Positions 32,806 through 41,396 of a stretch of DNA of 64,000 bases are shown piece by piece (position 1 is the stretch's first letter; the number at the start of each line of letters is the position of its first letter). The DNA comes from an uncultured Desulfobacteraceae bacterium (GTDB lineage: Bacteria > Desulfobacterota > Desulfobacteria > Desulfobacterales > UBA11574). The position numbers and the translations under genes were made by a program. The stretch is from assembly GCA_964591175.1 (NCBI GenBank), contig CAZQAF010000011.1, forward strand, positions 3,208 to 67,207, read 5' to 3'. The notes beneath the pieces were generated by a model. The model had not been told where the DNA came from and searched no databases. It saw only the letters and a program-made list of their open reading frames with translations.

Positions 32806-34563
32806 TTACATGGCCGAAACATCTTTTTGAAAAGAATAAAGCTTATTGCGAATTTCTTCAACATTCGATAACCGGTCTGAAAGCTTTGACAGGGTCTGGG
32901 AAACCTCTTTTTCACTCTGATCTTTGAGCGCCATCGCCCGGTTCAAAGCTTCCCTGATGGTGGAAACGGTCAGGCCGATTTTTTCATTCAGTGCTTTTTT
33001 AAAGTTTCTGCTGGTGTCTTCGACCCGCCGAATCAGATCGTATCTTACCCGGCCGCAATGCCTTTCAAATCGACCGGAAATAGTATCTTTCATCCGCTTT
33101 AATATAATCCCCTTGGCCATGAATTTCGGCAGGGCAAAACGGATCGACAGCCCGATAAGCTCTATCGCGCCCGGATCGTCTTTTAACAAAAAATAGAACT
33201 CACCTTTTTTGGATAGTTTTTCAACAGTGGTAAACGGTTTGAGTTCCACCCGGAACAGATCAGACGTCATCTTCACGATGTTTTCAATGATATCATTGGT
33301 GCGTTTTGCAATATCCAGGTAGATTTGCTCAAGGATCCCGGCGATCTTTTCCGCTTCTTTTTGCCTGACCCTGTTAAATGTGACCATGATTTCGTTAAAA
33401 ACAAAATCTTCCATTTCCTTTTCAAGTTCATGACTGCTGATCTGTCGGGCGGTTGTTTCGGCAAATTTTTCTTCCATTTTTTTTAAAAGAACCGGCAGAT
33501 CTTTTCGGACAAGACCCGCCAGATCATCATCCAGCTTTTGCTGGAGCTTTCTCATATGTCCTTCTAAAATGAAATTTTGGCGATCCCGGTCCTTTTGAGC
33601 GGTATCGGCATATTCTTCAAAGGTTGCGATTTTCGCTTTTAACTCCTCAACCGATAATCGGGCTGCTTCCTGCTCTATCTTGTAAGCCATGGTTTCATCG
33701 GCGGTATATTTTAAAAGAGATCCGATAACCGAACGAAGAAAGGTTTTTCCCTTTTCATGGTGTAAAAAATCTTTGAGATCTTTTTCAAAAGCCAACATAT
33801 TAGACCGGTTTAATTTGTCCGTATCGCCCTTTAGTTTTCCTAACAGCGCGAATTTCGCCGAAACCGGATAGAGATTGACGGATTGCCCAAGATCTTCTCG
33901 TATAAGATTGGTGGTGAATTCCATGGATTCGCTTAGATCCGATGCTTCCACCAAGTCGGTTTTGTTTAATACAAAAATAAATTTGTCGGCATGCTCCCGG
34001 ACTTCCTTTAAAAATCGATGCTCGGCTTCTCCCAGCGGCGGGTCCGGCGTAACGATAAAGACGCCGGCATCGACGTAGGGCAGATACGCATAGGCCACAT
34101 CCGTATTATGTTTAAACACCGAACCCACTCCGGGGGTATCGATGATCCGCACCCCATCCTTCAAATAATCCGAGGGATAAAAAATCTCCACCTCTTTGAC
34201 ATGCAGTTTGTTTTTAGGGTTTTGTTTTTCAGTCACAAATTTCGGAATATCCGGAAGGTGAATCTCCTCTTCTTTCTCATCCAAATAACGCACAATCGCC
34301 CTGCTTGTTTGTCCGTAACGCAAAATGGTGACAATGGAAGTTAAGGGAACAATGGATGTCGGAAGGATTTCGGCGCCGATCAACGCATTGATAAACGTAG
34401 ACTTTCCGCGTTTGAACTGCCCCATTACCACCAGGTTGAATTGCTCCAACGCCAGTTTTTCGGTTATCTCGCCAAGTCTTTTATCCCTATTGCTATTCAT
34501 CTTTGAGAGATCGTCGACAACACCTAATATCCGATCCTTCATTACAGCAAATCGAGTTTCCAT
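32806..34563 (-). CDS. Bacterial dynamin-like GTPase
   Basis: G1 GQFKRGKST, G3 DTPG, G4 NKTD, and a long coiled-coil/stalk C-terminal half. AGGAGG lies before the ATG. Confidence 0.85.
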   Translation of the reverse strand: METRFAVMKDRILGVVDDLSKMNSNRDKRLGEITEKLALEQFNLVVMGQFKRGKSTFINALIGAEILPTSIVPLTSIVTILRYGQTSRAIVRYLDEKEEEIHLPDIPKFVTEKQNPKNKLHVKEVEIFYPSDYLKDGVRIIDTPGVGSVFKHNTDVAYAYLPYVDAGVFIVTPDPPLGEAEHRFLKEVREHADKFIFVLNKTDLVEASDLSESMEFTTNLIREDLGQSVNLYPVSAKFALLGKLKGDTDKLNRSNMLAFEKDLKDFLHHEKGKTFLRSVIGSLLKYTADETMAYKIEQEAARLSVEELKAKIATFEEYADTAQKDRDRQNFILEGHMRKLQQKLDDDLAGLVRKDLPVLLKKMEEKFAETTARQISSHELEKEMEDFVFNEIMVTFNRVRQKEAEKIAGILEQIYLDIAKRTNDIIENIVKMTSDLFRVELKPFTTVEKLSKKGEFYFLLKDDPGAIELIGLSIRFALPKFMAKGIILKRMKDTISGRFERHCGRVRYDLIRRVEDTSRNFKKALNEKIGLTVSTIREALNRAMALKDQSEKEVSQTLSKLSDRLSNVEEIRNKLYSFQKDVSAM

Positions 34564-34617
34564 GACGACGCACCTCCTGTGTAGAGAATATATCGGATAT
34601 GCTGGCCTAATAGATAC

Positions 34618-34786
34618 AAAAAAAAACCCTGCACGGTTCGAATCCGGGCAGGGTTATACTCCTTTGTATCTGCAGCGAAGGGCAAAGCAGATATTGGTGA
34701 ATAACTCCTACCCGTTATAAGTAGAAGTCATCATTTCTATCCCCTTTACGCAAGATACGAAAAGTTCAGGCAGACTTCATTACCTT
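34618..34786 (-). promoter_or_regulatory. Conserved structured 5' leader (copy 2) ending in a strong intrinsic terminator
   Basis: RNA sense: AAGGUAAUGAAGUCUGCCUGAA, then GACUUCUAC/GUAGGAGUU, then CCCUGCCCGG-AUUCGAA-CCGUGCAGGG-U9. Confidence 0.5.
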
Positions 34787-34803
34787 TCGCAATATTCGTT
34801 TAG

Positions 34804-34832
34804 TTCATAATCTATGGCGGTTTTTTTGTCAA
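34804..34832 (-). promoter_or_regulatory. Sigma-70-type promoter candidate TTGACA-17-TATGAA for the dynamin leader
   Basis: -35 at 34832-34827 and -10 at 34809-34804 on the minus strand, about 20 nt upstream of the conserved leader motif. Confidence 0.4.
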
Positions 34833-34875
34833 TCTCATTTTTTTTAAAAATTTAGTGATATTCCGGCAAGTGTCG

Positions 34876-36255
34876 CTAAATATTTAGTATGATCTTGGCC
34901 GTTATAAAGAAAATAAGCAAACCGGTGATGTCGACAACGGTCGTCAACGCCGGGCTTGCGATTACGGCAGGATCGAGTTTCAATCTTGCGGCGAACAAAG
35001 GAAGTAACGCACCGATGACGGTTGCGGTAATCACTTGTAATGTCAGGGCGACCGAAACAGCGATGCCGATCGTGCCGAGTGAAAAACCCGCCGGCACGGA
35101 AGATCCTGCGCCGAAAAATAGAACGCGTCCATATGCAATAGCCCCGAGCAATAGGCCGAGAAGCAGTCCGATTTGAGCCTCTTTCAAGAGGATTCGCACG
35201 ATGTCTTTATGGGTAATTTCTTCAAGGGCCAGTGCCCGAACGACCAAGGTCGCCGATTGACTTCCGGTGTTTCCTCCGGTATCCGCCAGCATGGGCATAA
35301 ACGTGACCAATATGGCAAATTGCAGCAGCAGCCCTTCGAATTTCTGGACGATAGCACCGGATATAAATCCGACAAAAGCAAGAACTACGATCCACAAGAC
35401 CCTGTTTTTGAAATGTTTTATGACCGGTGTCTTCATATAGGCGGCTGCTTCGTGGCGACCGGAGATCGCCATGAACTTTTCCATATCTTCTGTTTGTTCC
35501 TGGGTGATAATATCGATGGCATCATCGTGCGTGATAATGCCGACAAGCGCTTCATTGCCGTTAATAATCGGCAAGGCGATAAGATCGTATTTCTGAATTT
35601 TACGGGCTGCGTCTTCCTGGTCATCTTCAACGCGGGCGCAAATCACATCCCGGTGCATGATCTCCCCGATCCGGGACTCTTTCCGGGCAATAATCAAATC
35701 TTTTAATGATATAAAACCGATCAATTTACGGTGCCTATCCACCACATAAGCATAATAGATGGTTTCTCGGTCCGGCGCGATTTCCCTGAGTCGATCGATG
35801 GCTTGCGATGCCGTCAATTCCGGAGATAGGGTCGCATAATCCGAGGTCATCACCGCACCGGCCGTGCCTTCCTTGTAAGCGGACAAACGGCGTATGTCTT
35901 CCCGCTCGGCTTGAGCCATGGCGGGCAAAACTTCTTCACGTCTGTCTTCGGGCAGAAGTTTGAACACGTCCGCGCGATCATCCGGAGGCATATCGGCAAG
36001 CAGCCGGACGATGTCTCCCCGGCCTAATGCGCCGATGATATCCACTTGAAGCTCATCATTCAGATGACTGAAGATATCAGAGCGGGTCTGAAAGCCGGCA
36101 TGCCGGAGTACATCCCATGCTTCACCGGTGGTCAGTGAGGAGATCATCTCAGCCACCACCACAGGGTGGCTCGATTCGCAGAAAGTTTTTAGGAATTTGG
36201 TGTTTCCGGACGTAATCAAATTACGGAGGTCGGAAACAACGAGTGGGGTTTTCAT
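34876..36255 (-). CDS. mgtE: Magnesium transporter MgtE
   Basis: 459 aa with an MgtE N-domain, a CBS pair, and a C-terminal TM domain carrying the DTGGNTGSQSAT motif. Confidence 0.92.
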   Translation of the reverse strand: MKTPLVVSDLRNLITSGNTKFLKTFCESSHPVVVAEMISSLTTGEAWDVLRHAGFQTRSDIFSHLNDELQVDIIGALGRGDIVRLLADMPPDDRADVFKLLPEDRREEVLPAMAQAEREDIRRLSAYKEGTAGAVMTSDYATLSPELTASQAIDRLREIAPDRETIYYAYVVDRHRKLIGFISLKDLIIARKESRIGEIMHRDVICARVEDDQEDAARKIQKYDLIALPIINGNEALVGIITHDDAIDIITQEQTEDMEKFMAISGRHEAAAYMKTPVIKHFKNRVLWIVVLAFVGFISGAIVQKFEGLLLQFAILVTFMPMLADTGGNTGSQSATLVVRALALEEITHKDIVRILLKEAQIGLLLGLLLGAIAYGRVLFFGAGSSVPAGFSLGTIGIAVSVALTLQVITATVIGALLPLFAARLKLDPAVIASPALTTVVDITGLLIFFITAKIILNI

Positions 36256-36573
36256 AGCTCACCTCTGTTTCAACCGCGTTTGGAGATCATTCGCGGCCAG
36301 AGGCGAACCGGTGGGCTATGCGCTGCTGGCGAACCGACCGATCACATCAAGAGCCGCAGGGTACCACCGCCAAGGTCCGGGGTCATCAGGATCTTGTTGT
36401 GTCGTCTCTTGTGTTTCTTTGCGACAGCTACAACTGCCGTCCGAGTCGTTCATAATTATTACTCCTTTTTTAACAATGGTCTTCTAAAACCAAGCGTACT
36501 GTATAAGAAAATATTTTCATTGTCAATATCGATAAATTCGTAAAAACTCGAATCTATCAAGTATTTGGTATTT

Positions 36574-36672
36574 AGTGTTCAGTGTTCAGCAGTATCTGGG
36601 TTCGGGGTTCAAGCATTCAACCTTTATACCCTTGGGTACCTTCTGAACGCCGAACTCCGAACACTGAACACT
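36574..36672. repeat. 99-nt imperfect inverted repeat built from GTGTTCA / GGGTTC-type short repeats
   Basis: Perfect 14-nt arms AGTGTTCAGTGTTC (36574-36587) and GAACACTGAACACT (36659-36672), plus inner imperfect pairing 36598-36613 with 36643-36658. Confidence 0.5.
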
Positions 36673-36865
36673 GATATGAAAACTGAATCGTGCTTGACCA
36701 TATCGCTGTGCTTTGATACGTAATTAGCGGTTGCATATTCATAAGACTTCGTCTAAAAATTACATTTGAAGTTTAAATCAGGATAACAAGTTAGTCCTTT
36801 GAAACAAATCAACCGTAAAAGGCTAACGTTTTACGAAAAAGGTAACTTTTTTAAAGGAGTGTGTC

Positions 36866-37294
36866 GTGAAGTCAAAATGGTCTATGTTAACGGCAATGGT
36901 TTTTTTGCTTACCATAATTTTTTTACCCCTGACCTATGTTACGGCTCAGGACGCGTCCGTTTGCCAGCCGGACAAAGCGCTTTGCGCCCGTATGATCCGA
37001 TTCGGACAGGAAGCGTACGCCAGAGGCAAATACCTGGATGCAAAAGAATATTTCAGAAAAGCGGTCAAAGCCGATCCCACATCCCTAAAAGCCTGGCGGT
37101 TTTATGATCAGACTGTCATTTTCGGTTTGGCTGAAAAGGTGGAAAAGAATGCCAATTTGGTTTTGCCGGATGTCTCAACCAGACAGGAAACACAAACCGG
37201 GTTGTCTCCGGCGCCGCCTCCGGCGCCACCGAAACCGGCTGCAAGCCAACAGAAAAACAGTGGATTTAAGATTCTAGATGACGAGGGATGTTAG
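36866..37294 (+). CDS. Secreted TPR-motif protein with a Pro-rich linker and an acidic Gly-Cys C-terminus
   Basis: GTG start with AAAGGAG upstream. Signal peptide LTAMVFLLTIIFLPLTYVTAQ. One TPR-like unit (YARGKYLDAKEYFRKAVKADP). C-terminus ...KILDDEGC. Confidence 0.6.
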   Translation: MKSKWSMLTAMVFLLTIIFLPLTYVTAQDASVCQPDKALCARMIRFGQEAYARGKYLDAKEYFRKAVKADPTSLKAWRFYDQTVIFGLAEKVEKNANLVLPDVSTRQETQTGLSPAPPPAPPKPAASQQKNSGFKILDDEGC

Positions 37295-37318
37295 TTAATT
37301 TGTGAGGTTTCAATTACT

Positions 37319-38512
37319 ATGAACGATAATAATCAACCAAGCGTTTTTAACGAAATTCTGATCAGCGGGTATCAAAAAGTCTTTGACGAAAACTGGCCCA
37401 TGTGGCTCGGCGGCATTTTGATCGGTCTCATGAGTGTCATTACTTTTGCCTGGGCCAGGCCCTGGGGGGTTGCCGGAGGGCTGAGAAACTGGGGCGACTG
37501 GTTTTTCAGTTCCGTGGGGATTTATGCGCAGCAACCACAATCGCCGCTGATTTCAACAAACTCCATTCTTACCCTGGGATTACTGTGGGGCGCCTTTGGG
37601 TCCGCCCTTTTATCCAGGCAGTTTGCCATTCGCAAAGCACCTCCTTTAGAACTCGGGAAAGGGATTGCCGGCGGGACATTGATGGGTATCGGTTCGGCAA
37701 TGGCCGGCGGCTGCAATGTAGGCGGTTTCTTTTCAGCCGTCAGCGCCATGTCCGCCAGCGGCATTGCCATGATGATCGGACTGCTCATCGGCGCATATTT
37801 GGGACTGAGGTATCTGTACTGGGAGCTCGAGCATCTTCCCTCGGGGTCCATCAAAGTCGCGGAAACCAAAGAAAAAGGCATTGATTGGTTGAAAATAGAG
37901 CCCTATTTAGGAGCGCTCGTACTCATTGCCGCCATCGTTTGTACATGGATATACAACAAGAATGCATATACGCGTGTCGGCGGCCTATTGCTGTGCGGCA
38001 TCGCGTTTGGCATCATTATTCAAAGAACCCGGTTTTGTTTTGTCAGGGGATTTCGAGAACCTTTCATGACCGGCGAAAGCCAAATGCCAAGAGCGATCGC
38101 CGTCGCCGTTATTATCAGTGCTCTCGGATTTGCGGCCCTCAAATATTCGGGTGTACGCGGAGAAAATGTTTACGTTCCTCAGGCATTTTGGTTCGGAGGC
38201 CTGGTGGGGGGCGTTATCTTTGGAATCGGTATGGTGATAGCAGGCGGATGTGGGAGCGGTTCCGTATGGCGGGCCGGCGAAGGTCAAATCAAGCTGATAC
38301 TGGCCGTGGTCTTTTTTGCATTGTCCACTTCGCTGTTCAAAGCATGGATCAGAAGCTCGGCAGGCCTCACCTCGCTCATGGGCTTCAGAGTCTTTATGCC
38401 GAACTTCATCAGCTATAAATGGAGCCTGATTTTGATAATTGTCATTATGCTGGCATATTATCTCATCACCACCTGGAATGAAGAGACGGAAAAGTTTGTT
38501 GTGGAGATATAA
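37319..38512 (+). CDS. YeeE/YedE-family membrane protein (thiosulfate or selenium uptake type)
   Basis: 397 aa. Two conserved Cys loops GGCNVGG and GGCGSGSVWRAGEG, multiple TM helices. Confidence 0.9.
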   Translation: MNDNNQPSVFNEILISGYQKVFDENWPMWLGGILIGLMSVITFAWARPWGVAGGLRNWGDWFFSSVGIYAQQPQSPLISTNSILTLGLLWGAFGSALLSRQFAIRKAPPLELGKGIAGGTLMGIGSAMAGGCNVGGFFSAVSAMSASGIAMMIGLLIGAYLGLRYLYWELEHLPSGSIKVAETKEKGIDWLKIEPYLGALVLIAAIVCTWIYNKNAYTRVGGLLLCGIAFGIIIQRTRFCFVRGFREPFMTGESQMPRAIAVAVIISALGFAALKYSGVRGENVYVPQAFWFGGLVGGVIFGIGMVIAGGCGSGSVWRAGEGQIKLILAVVFFALSTSLFKAWIRSSAGLTSLMGFRVFMPNFISYKWSLILIIVIMLAYYLITTWNEETEKFVVEI

Positions 38513-38550
38513 AATTTTCGATACATTAATTTTAAAGGAGGATTTTTGTT

Positions 38551-38793
38551 ATGGTAGAAGGAATTACGCCGGATGAAACACTGGATTGTCGGGGACTGAG
38601 CTGCCCGATGCCGCTGCTCAAAGTCAAAAAGGCATTAAAAAAATTAAAGGCCGGACAAGTACTGGAGATTTTGGGAACAGATCCGGGCTCAAAAAATGAT
38701 ATTCCCGATTATGCCAAAAAGCAGGGCGACGACTTTCTCGGCATGGAGGATGAATCCGGCTATACAAGATATTTGATCAAAAAAGGGGGGTGA
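38551..38793 (+). CDS. tusA: TusA/SirA-family sulfur carrier
   Basis: 80 aa. LDCRGLSCPMPLLK (CPxP active site). Confidence 0.9.
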   Translation: MVEGITPDETLDCRGLSCPMPLLKVKKALKKLKAGQVLEILGTDPGSKNDIPDYAKKQGDDFLGMEDESGYTRYLIKKGG

Positions 38794-39089
38794 TTTTTCA
38801 AATGGAAAATATCGCTGTGCTCATTAAAGACGTGGACCAGCAATATGAGGGGCTCAGAACCAGCCTCGGTTTGCTTCTTGAAGCCGCTTCTGTCCAGATG
38901 TATGTCCTGAATCATGAGATTGGAAATATGGACGAAGCTTATAGTGAAAACATGGAATTTATCGATGAGATGGAAGGAGAACGGTATTCCAACAATCCGG
39001 CCAATGTCGAAAAATACGGCTTTAAACCGATTAGCATCGAGGAAATGATGGTCAAGCTTAAGGAGGCGGACTTAATTATTCCTTTTTAG
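38790..39089 (+). CDS. DsrE/F/H-fold-like small protein (no conserved Cys seen)
   Basis: 99 aa. IAVLIKD...YEGLRTSLGL...VQMYVL pattern and C-terminal ADLIIPF, as in the DsrEFH/TusBCD family. 4-nt overlap with tusA. Confidence 0.5.
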   Translation: MIFQMENIAVLIKDVDQQYEGLRTSLGLLLEAASVQMYVLNHEIGNMDEAYSENMEFIDEMEGERYSNNPANVEKYGFKPISIEEMMVKLKEADLIIPF

Positions 39090-39100
39090 AGGGCAAAATT

Positions 39101-39274
39101 ATGAGAGTATTGCACATTATTCGGACAGAACCTGACGATACGACAAAAACGTTCGTGGAAGGTTTTTCAAAGGACGAAGGGTCAAAAAAAGTCGTCCTTT
39201 ATGAAGGAAACACCGATTGGCCCGCACTGGTGGACGACATCTTTTCCCATGACAACGTCATATGCTGGTGGTAG
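39101..39274 (+). CDS. 57-aa ORF, DsrH/TusB-like C-terminus (not in the ORF track)
   Basis: MRVLHIIRTEPDD...HDNVICWW. ATG lies 12 nt after the previous stop. Too small for the track cutoff. Confidence 0.4.
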   Translation: MRVLHIIRTEPDDTTKTFVEGFSKDEGSKKVVLYEGNTDWPALVDDIFSHDNVICWW

Positions 39275-39406
39275 CCGTTTTCCATTCGCTTCAATTTGAG
39301 GGGAAAGACTAAAAAATCAACCACCGTACGGATTTTGAAATACACAATCGGCAACGTGAAATCGAATGATCAGATTTCAACTTTAGGATAAAAAGGAACA
39401 AACATT

Positions 39407-39712
39407 ATGGCCGACAATTTAGGGATTCTTGTCTGTTCAGCGAACCACCTTGATTATGTCATTGCTTTAGCCAGTGCCGCTCATGATAAAGGGAAAAATG
39501 TTCGGATTTTTTTTACCGGCAAAGGGGTGCTTTTGACCCAGAAGCCGGAATTCGAACAACTGGTTGGTAAAGCCAAGCTATCGGTTTGCGATGTCAGTTT
39601 TCGGGCAAACAATCTTTCCGGTGACGTACCGGGCGTTGGATTCAAAGATTTTGCCACGCAGGCGAGAAATGCAGAAATGATTGAATGGTGTGACCGGTAT
39701 GTCGTCTTCTAG
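39407..39712 (+). CDS. DsrE-family-like small protein
   Basis: 101 aa. LGILVCSANHLDYVIALASAA...VRIFFTGKGV...CDRYVVF. Confidence 0.6.
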   Translation: MADNLGILVCSANHLDYVIALASAAHDKGKNVRIFFTGKGVLLTQKPEFEQLVGKAKLSVCDVSFRANNLSGDVPGVGFKDFATQARNAEMIEWCDRYVVF

Positions 39713-39760
39713 GCGGAGGGCTCATCCGAACGGAATTTTATAGAATGGTGCGAGATGATT

Positions 39761-39795
39761 GTTTGCGGACATGGACCGTCTCCATGCCCGCAAAC
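39761..39795 (+). other. Strong stem-loop (14 of 15 bp, 5-nt loop) after the sulfur-relay cluster
   Basis: GTTTGCGGACATGGA-CCGTC-TCCATGCCCGCAAAC. No U-tract follows, so its terminator status is uncertain. Confidence 0.35.
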
Positions 39796-39941
39796 ATTGA
39801 CGACTGCCTGATTTATTGCGGGAGTTTAAGCTGACGATAAAAAATAACGGCCCAAGGTAGCCATTGTTGGAAATCTTCGACGAAGCGTCACTCCAAATTT
39901 AGATTATTCTTAAACCCTGCCGAAAACGAATCTCCACTAGC

Positions 39942-40064
39942 ATTTTGAGGATTAAAATTTGAGCCTGACCCCAGAGAAATAGGCTTCGCATTTCACGGGG
40001 CAGGCGCAGAAACTTGTCCGCCTCCGGCGGATTGAGCAAAAAGGGGCGTTTTGCTAAGGTCTCA
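39942..40064 (+). repeat. Dispersed intergenic repeat, copy A (with a 55-nt internal insertion)
   Basis: A 28-nt block ATTTTGAGGATTAAAATTTGAGCCTGAC (39942-39969) and block ATTGAGCAAAAAGGGGCGTTTTGCTAAGGTCTCA (40031-40064) recur at 41397-41464. Confidence 0.55.
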
Positions 40065-40066
40065 GG

Positions 40067-40095
40067 TTGACAAGACAGCCACATGCCACTATATT
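40067..40095 (+). promoter_or_regulatory. Sigma-70 promoter TTGACA-17-TATATT for trxA
   Basis: -35 at 40067-40072 and -10 at 40090-40095, 62 nt upstream of ATG 40158. Confidence 0.55.
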
Positions 40096-40157
40096 TTCCC
40101 TAATCTATACGACACCATCAATCCATAACTTTTATAATAAGGAAAGGAAACAAATTA

Positions 40158-40481
40158 ATGGCAACAGATATTCTTGAAATAGGCGACAGTAGTTTTGAAT
40201 CTGAGGTTTTACAGGCCGACAAACCGGTTCTGGTCGATTTTTGGGCGCCGTGGTGCGGACCGTGTCGGGCAATTGCACCGGTCGTCGAAGAACTTGCTGT
40301 ACAATTCGGCGACAAAGTTAAGTTCACAAAGTGTAATGTCGATGACAATCCGGCAACGCCCACCAAGTACGGCATTAAGTCCATTCCGACGCTTATTTTC
40401 TTCAAAGACGGTGAAGTTCTGGACAAGATCATCGGTATCGTTGCCAAATCGAGACTCGAAGAAATGATTTCAAAAGGTTAA
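40158..40481 (+). CDS. trxA: Thioredoxin
   Basis: 107 aa. DFWAPWCGPCR active site. Confidence 0.95.
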   Translation: MATDILEIGDSSFESEVLQADKPVLVDFWAPWCGPCRAIAPVVEELAVQFGDKVKFTKCNVDDNPATPTKYGIKSIPTLIFFKDGEVLDKIIGIVAKSRLEEMISKG

Positions 40482-40601
40482 CGGTAATCCTTGACAGTGA
40501 AACATGTCGATTCCGACGGTTTTCGGCGCCGGTGCCGGAAATCCCTTGGAAGTGGTTGCAAAACAATTTGACAGCAATAAATGGCTCGACGATCATATAA
40601 T

Positions 40602-41261
40602 ATGAAAAGAATCATCCCTTTGATCCTTATTCCGCTGTTTGTTTTTTCGGGCTGTGCATGGTTTAGTAAACCCAAGGAAGAAAAGAATGCACAGGAGCTG
40701 ATCAGTGACGGAATGGATCAATTCAACAACGAGGATTACAAAAAAGCCGTTGATTCCTTTGAGAAACTGAAGGACTGGTATCCTTTCAGCAAGTACGTCA
40801 TTCTGGCTGAACTGAAGATCGCGGATGCGTATTACCATCTTGAAGATTATTCAGAGGCCGTGACGGCTTATGAGTCATTTGAAAACCTTCATCCCCGAAA
40901 TGAAGCCGTTCCCTATGTTATTTATCAAATCGGACTCTGTTATTATGATCAGATCGACACCGTAGACAGGGATCAGACTTCTGCGAAAAACGCGCTCGAT
41001 ACGTTCAAACGCCTTATTCGGCAGTTCCCTAACGATCCATATGCGTACAGGGCCAGGGAACGAATGAAGGTCTGCATTAAAAGCCTTGCGGGACATGACT
41101 TTTACGTCGGCTTATTTTATTATAAATCCAAGCATTACAAAGCCGCTCTAATACGTTTCAAGTCGGTTTTAACCAATTATCCAGATGTCGGCGTCCATGA
41201 AAAAGCGCTCCGTTATGTTGCCCTTTGCGAAGATATGTTGACAAAAAAGTCTCAAAATTAG
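40602..41261 (+). CDS. bamD: Outer membrane protein assembly factor BamD (TPR lipoprotein)
   Basis: Lipobox LFVFSGC, TPR repeats, and YRARERM...FYVGLFYYK as in YfiO/BamD. Start moved to ATG 40602. Confidence 0.85.
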   Translation: MKRIIPLILIPLFVFSGCAWFSKPKEEKNAQELISDGMDQFNNEDYKKAVDSFEKLKDWYPFSKYVILAELKIADAYYHLEDYSEAVTAYESFENLHPRNEAVPYVIYQIGLCYYDQIDTVDRDQTSAKNALDTFKRLIRQFPNDPYAYRARERMKVCIKSLAGHDFYVGLFYYKSKHYKAALIRFKSVLTNYPDVGVHEKALRYVALCEDMLTKKSQN

Positions 41262-41396
41262 AAAAAAAACTTTACATTCATCCTCTGATGATATATCAGT
41301 ACGAGTTCTATTATTGATAGGGAGACCTTTGAAAAATGCTCATTTTTGTTCAAGTTCAAGGAAGGCGATAATTTTAACCGCAGGAATACATTGAGT

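Noticed and set aside
36256-36480. M-box (Mg2+) riboswitch expected upstream of mgtE.
   Set aside because: No resemblance to the M-box conserved segments that I can recall. Reported instead as a leader with a small ORF. Needs an RF00380 scan.
39899-40084. 61-aa minus-strand ORF (MWLSCQPETLAKRPF...).
   Set aside because: It sits inside the dispersed intergenic repeat and across the trxA promoter. It has no SD and is more likely a by-product of the repeat sequence.
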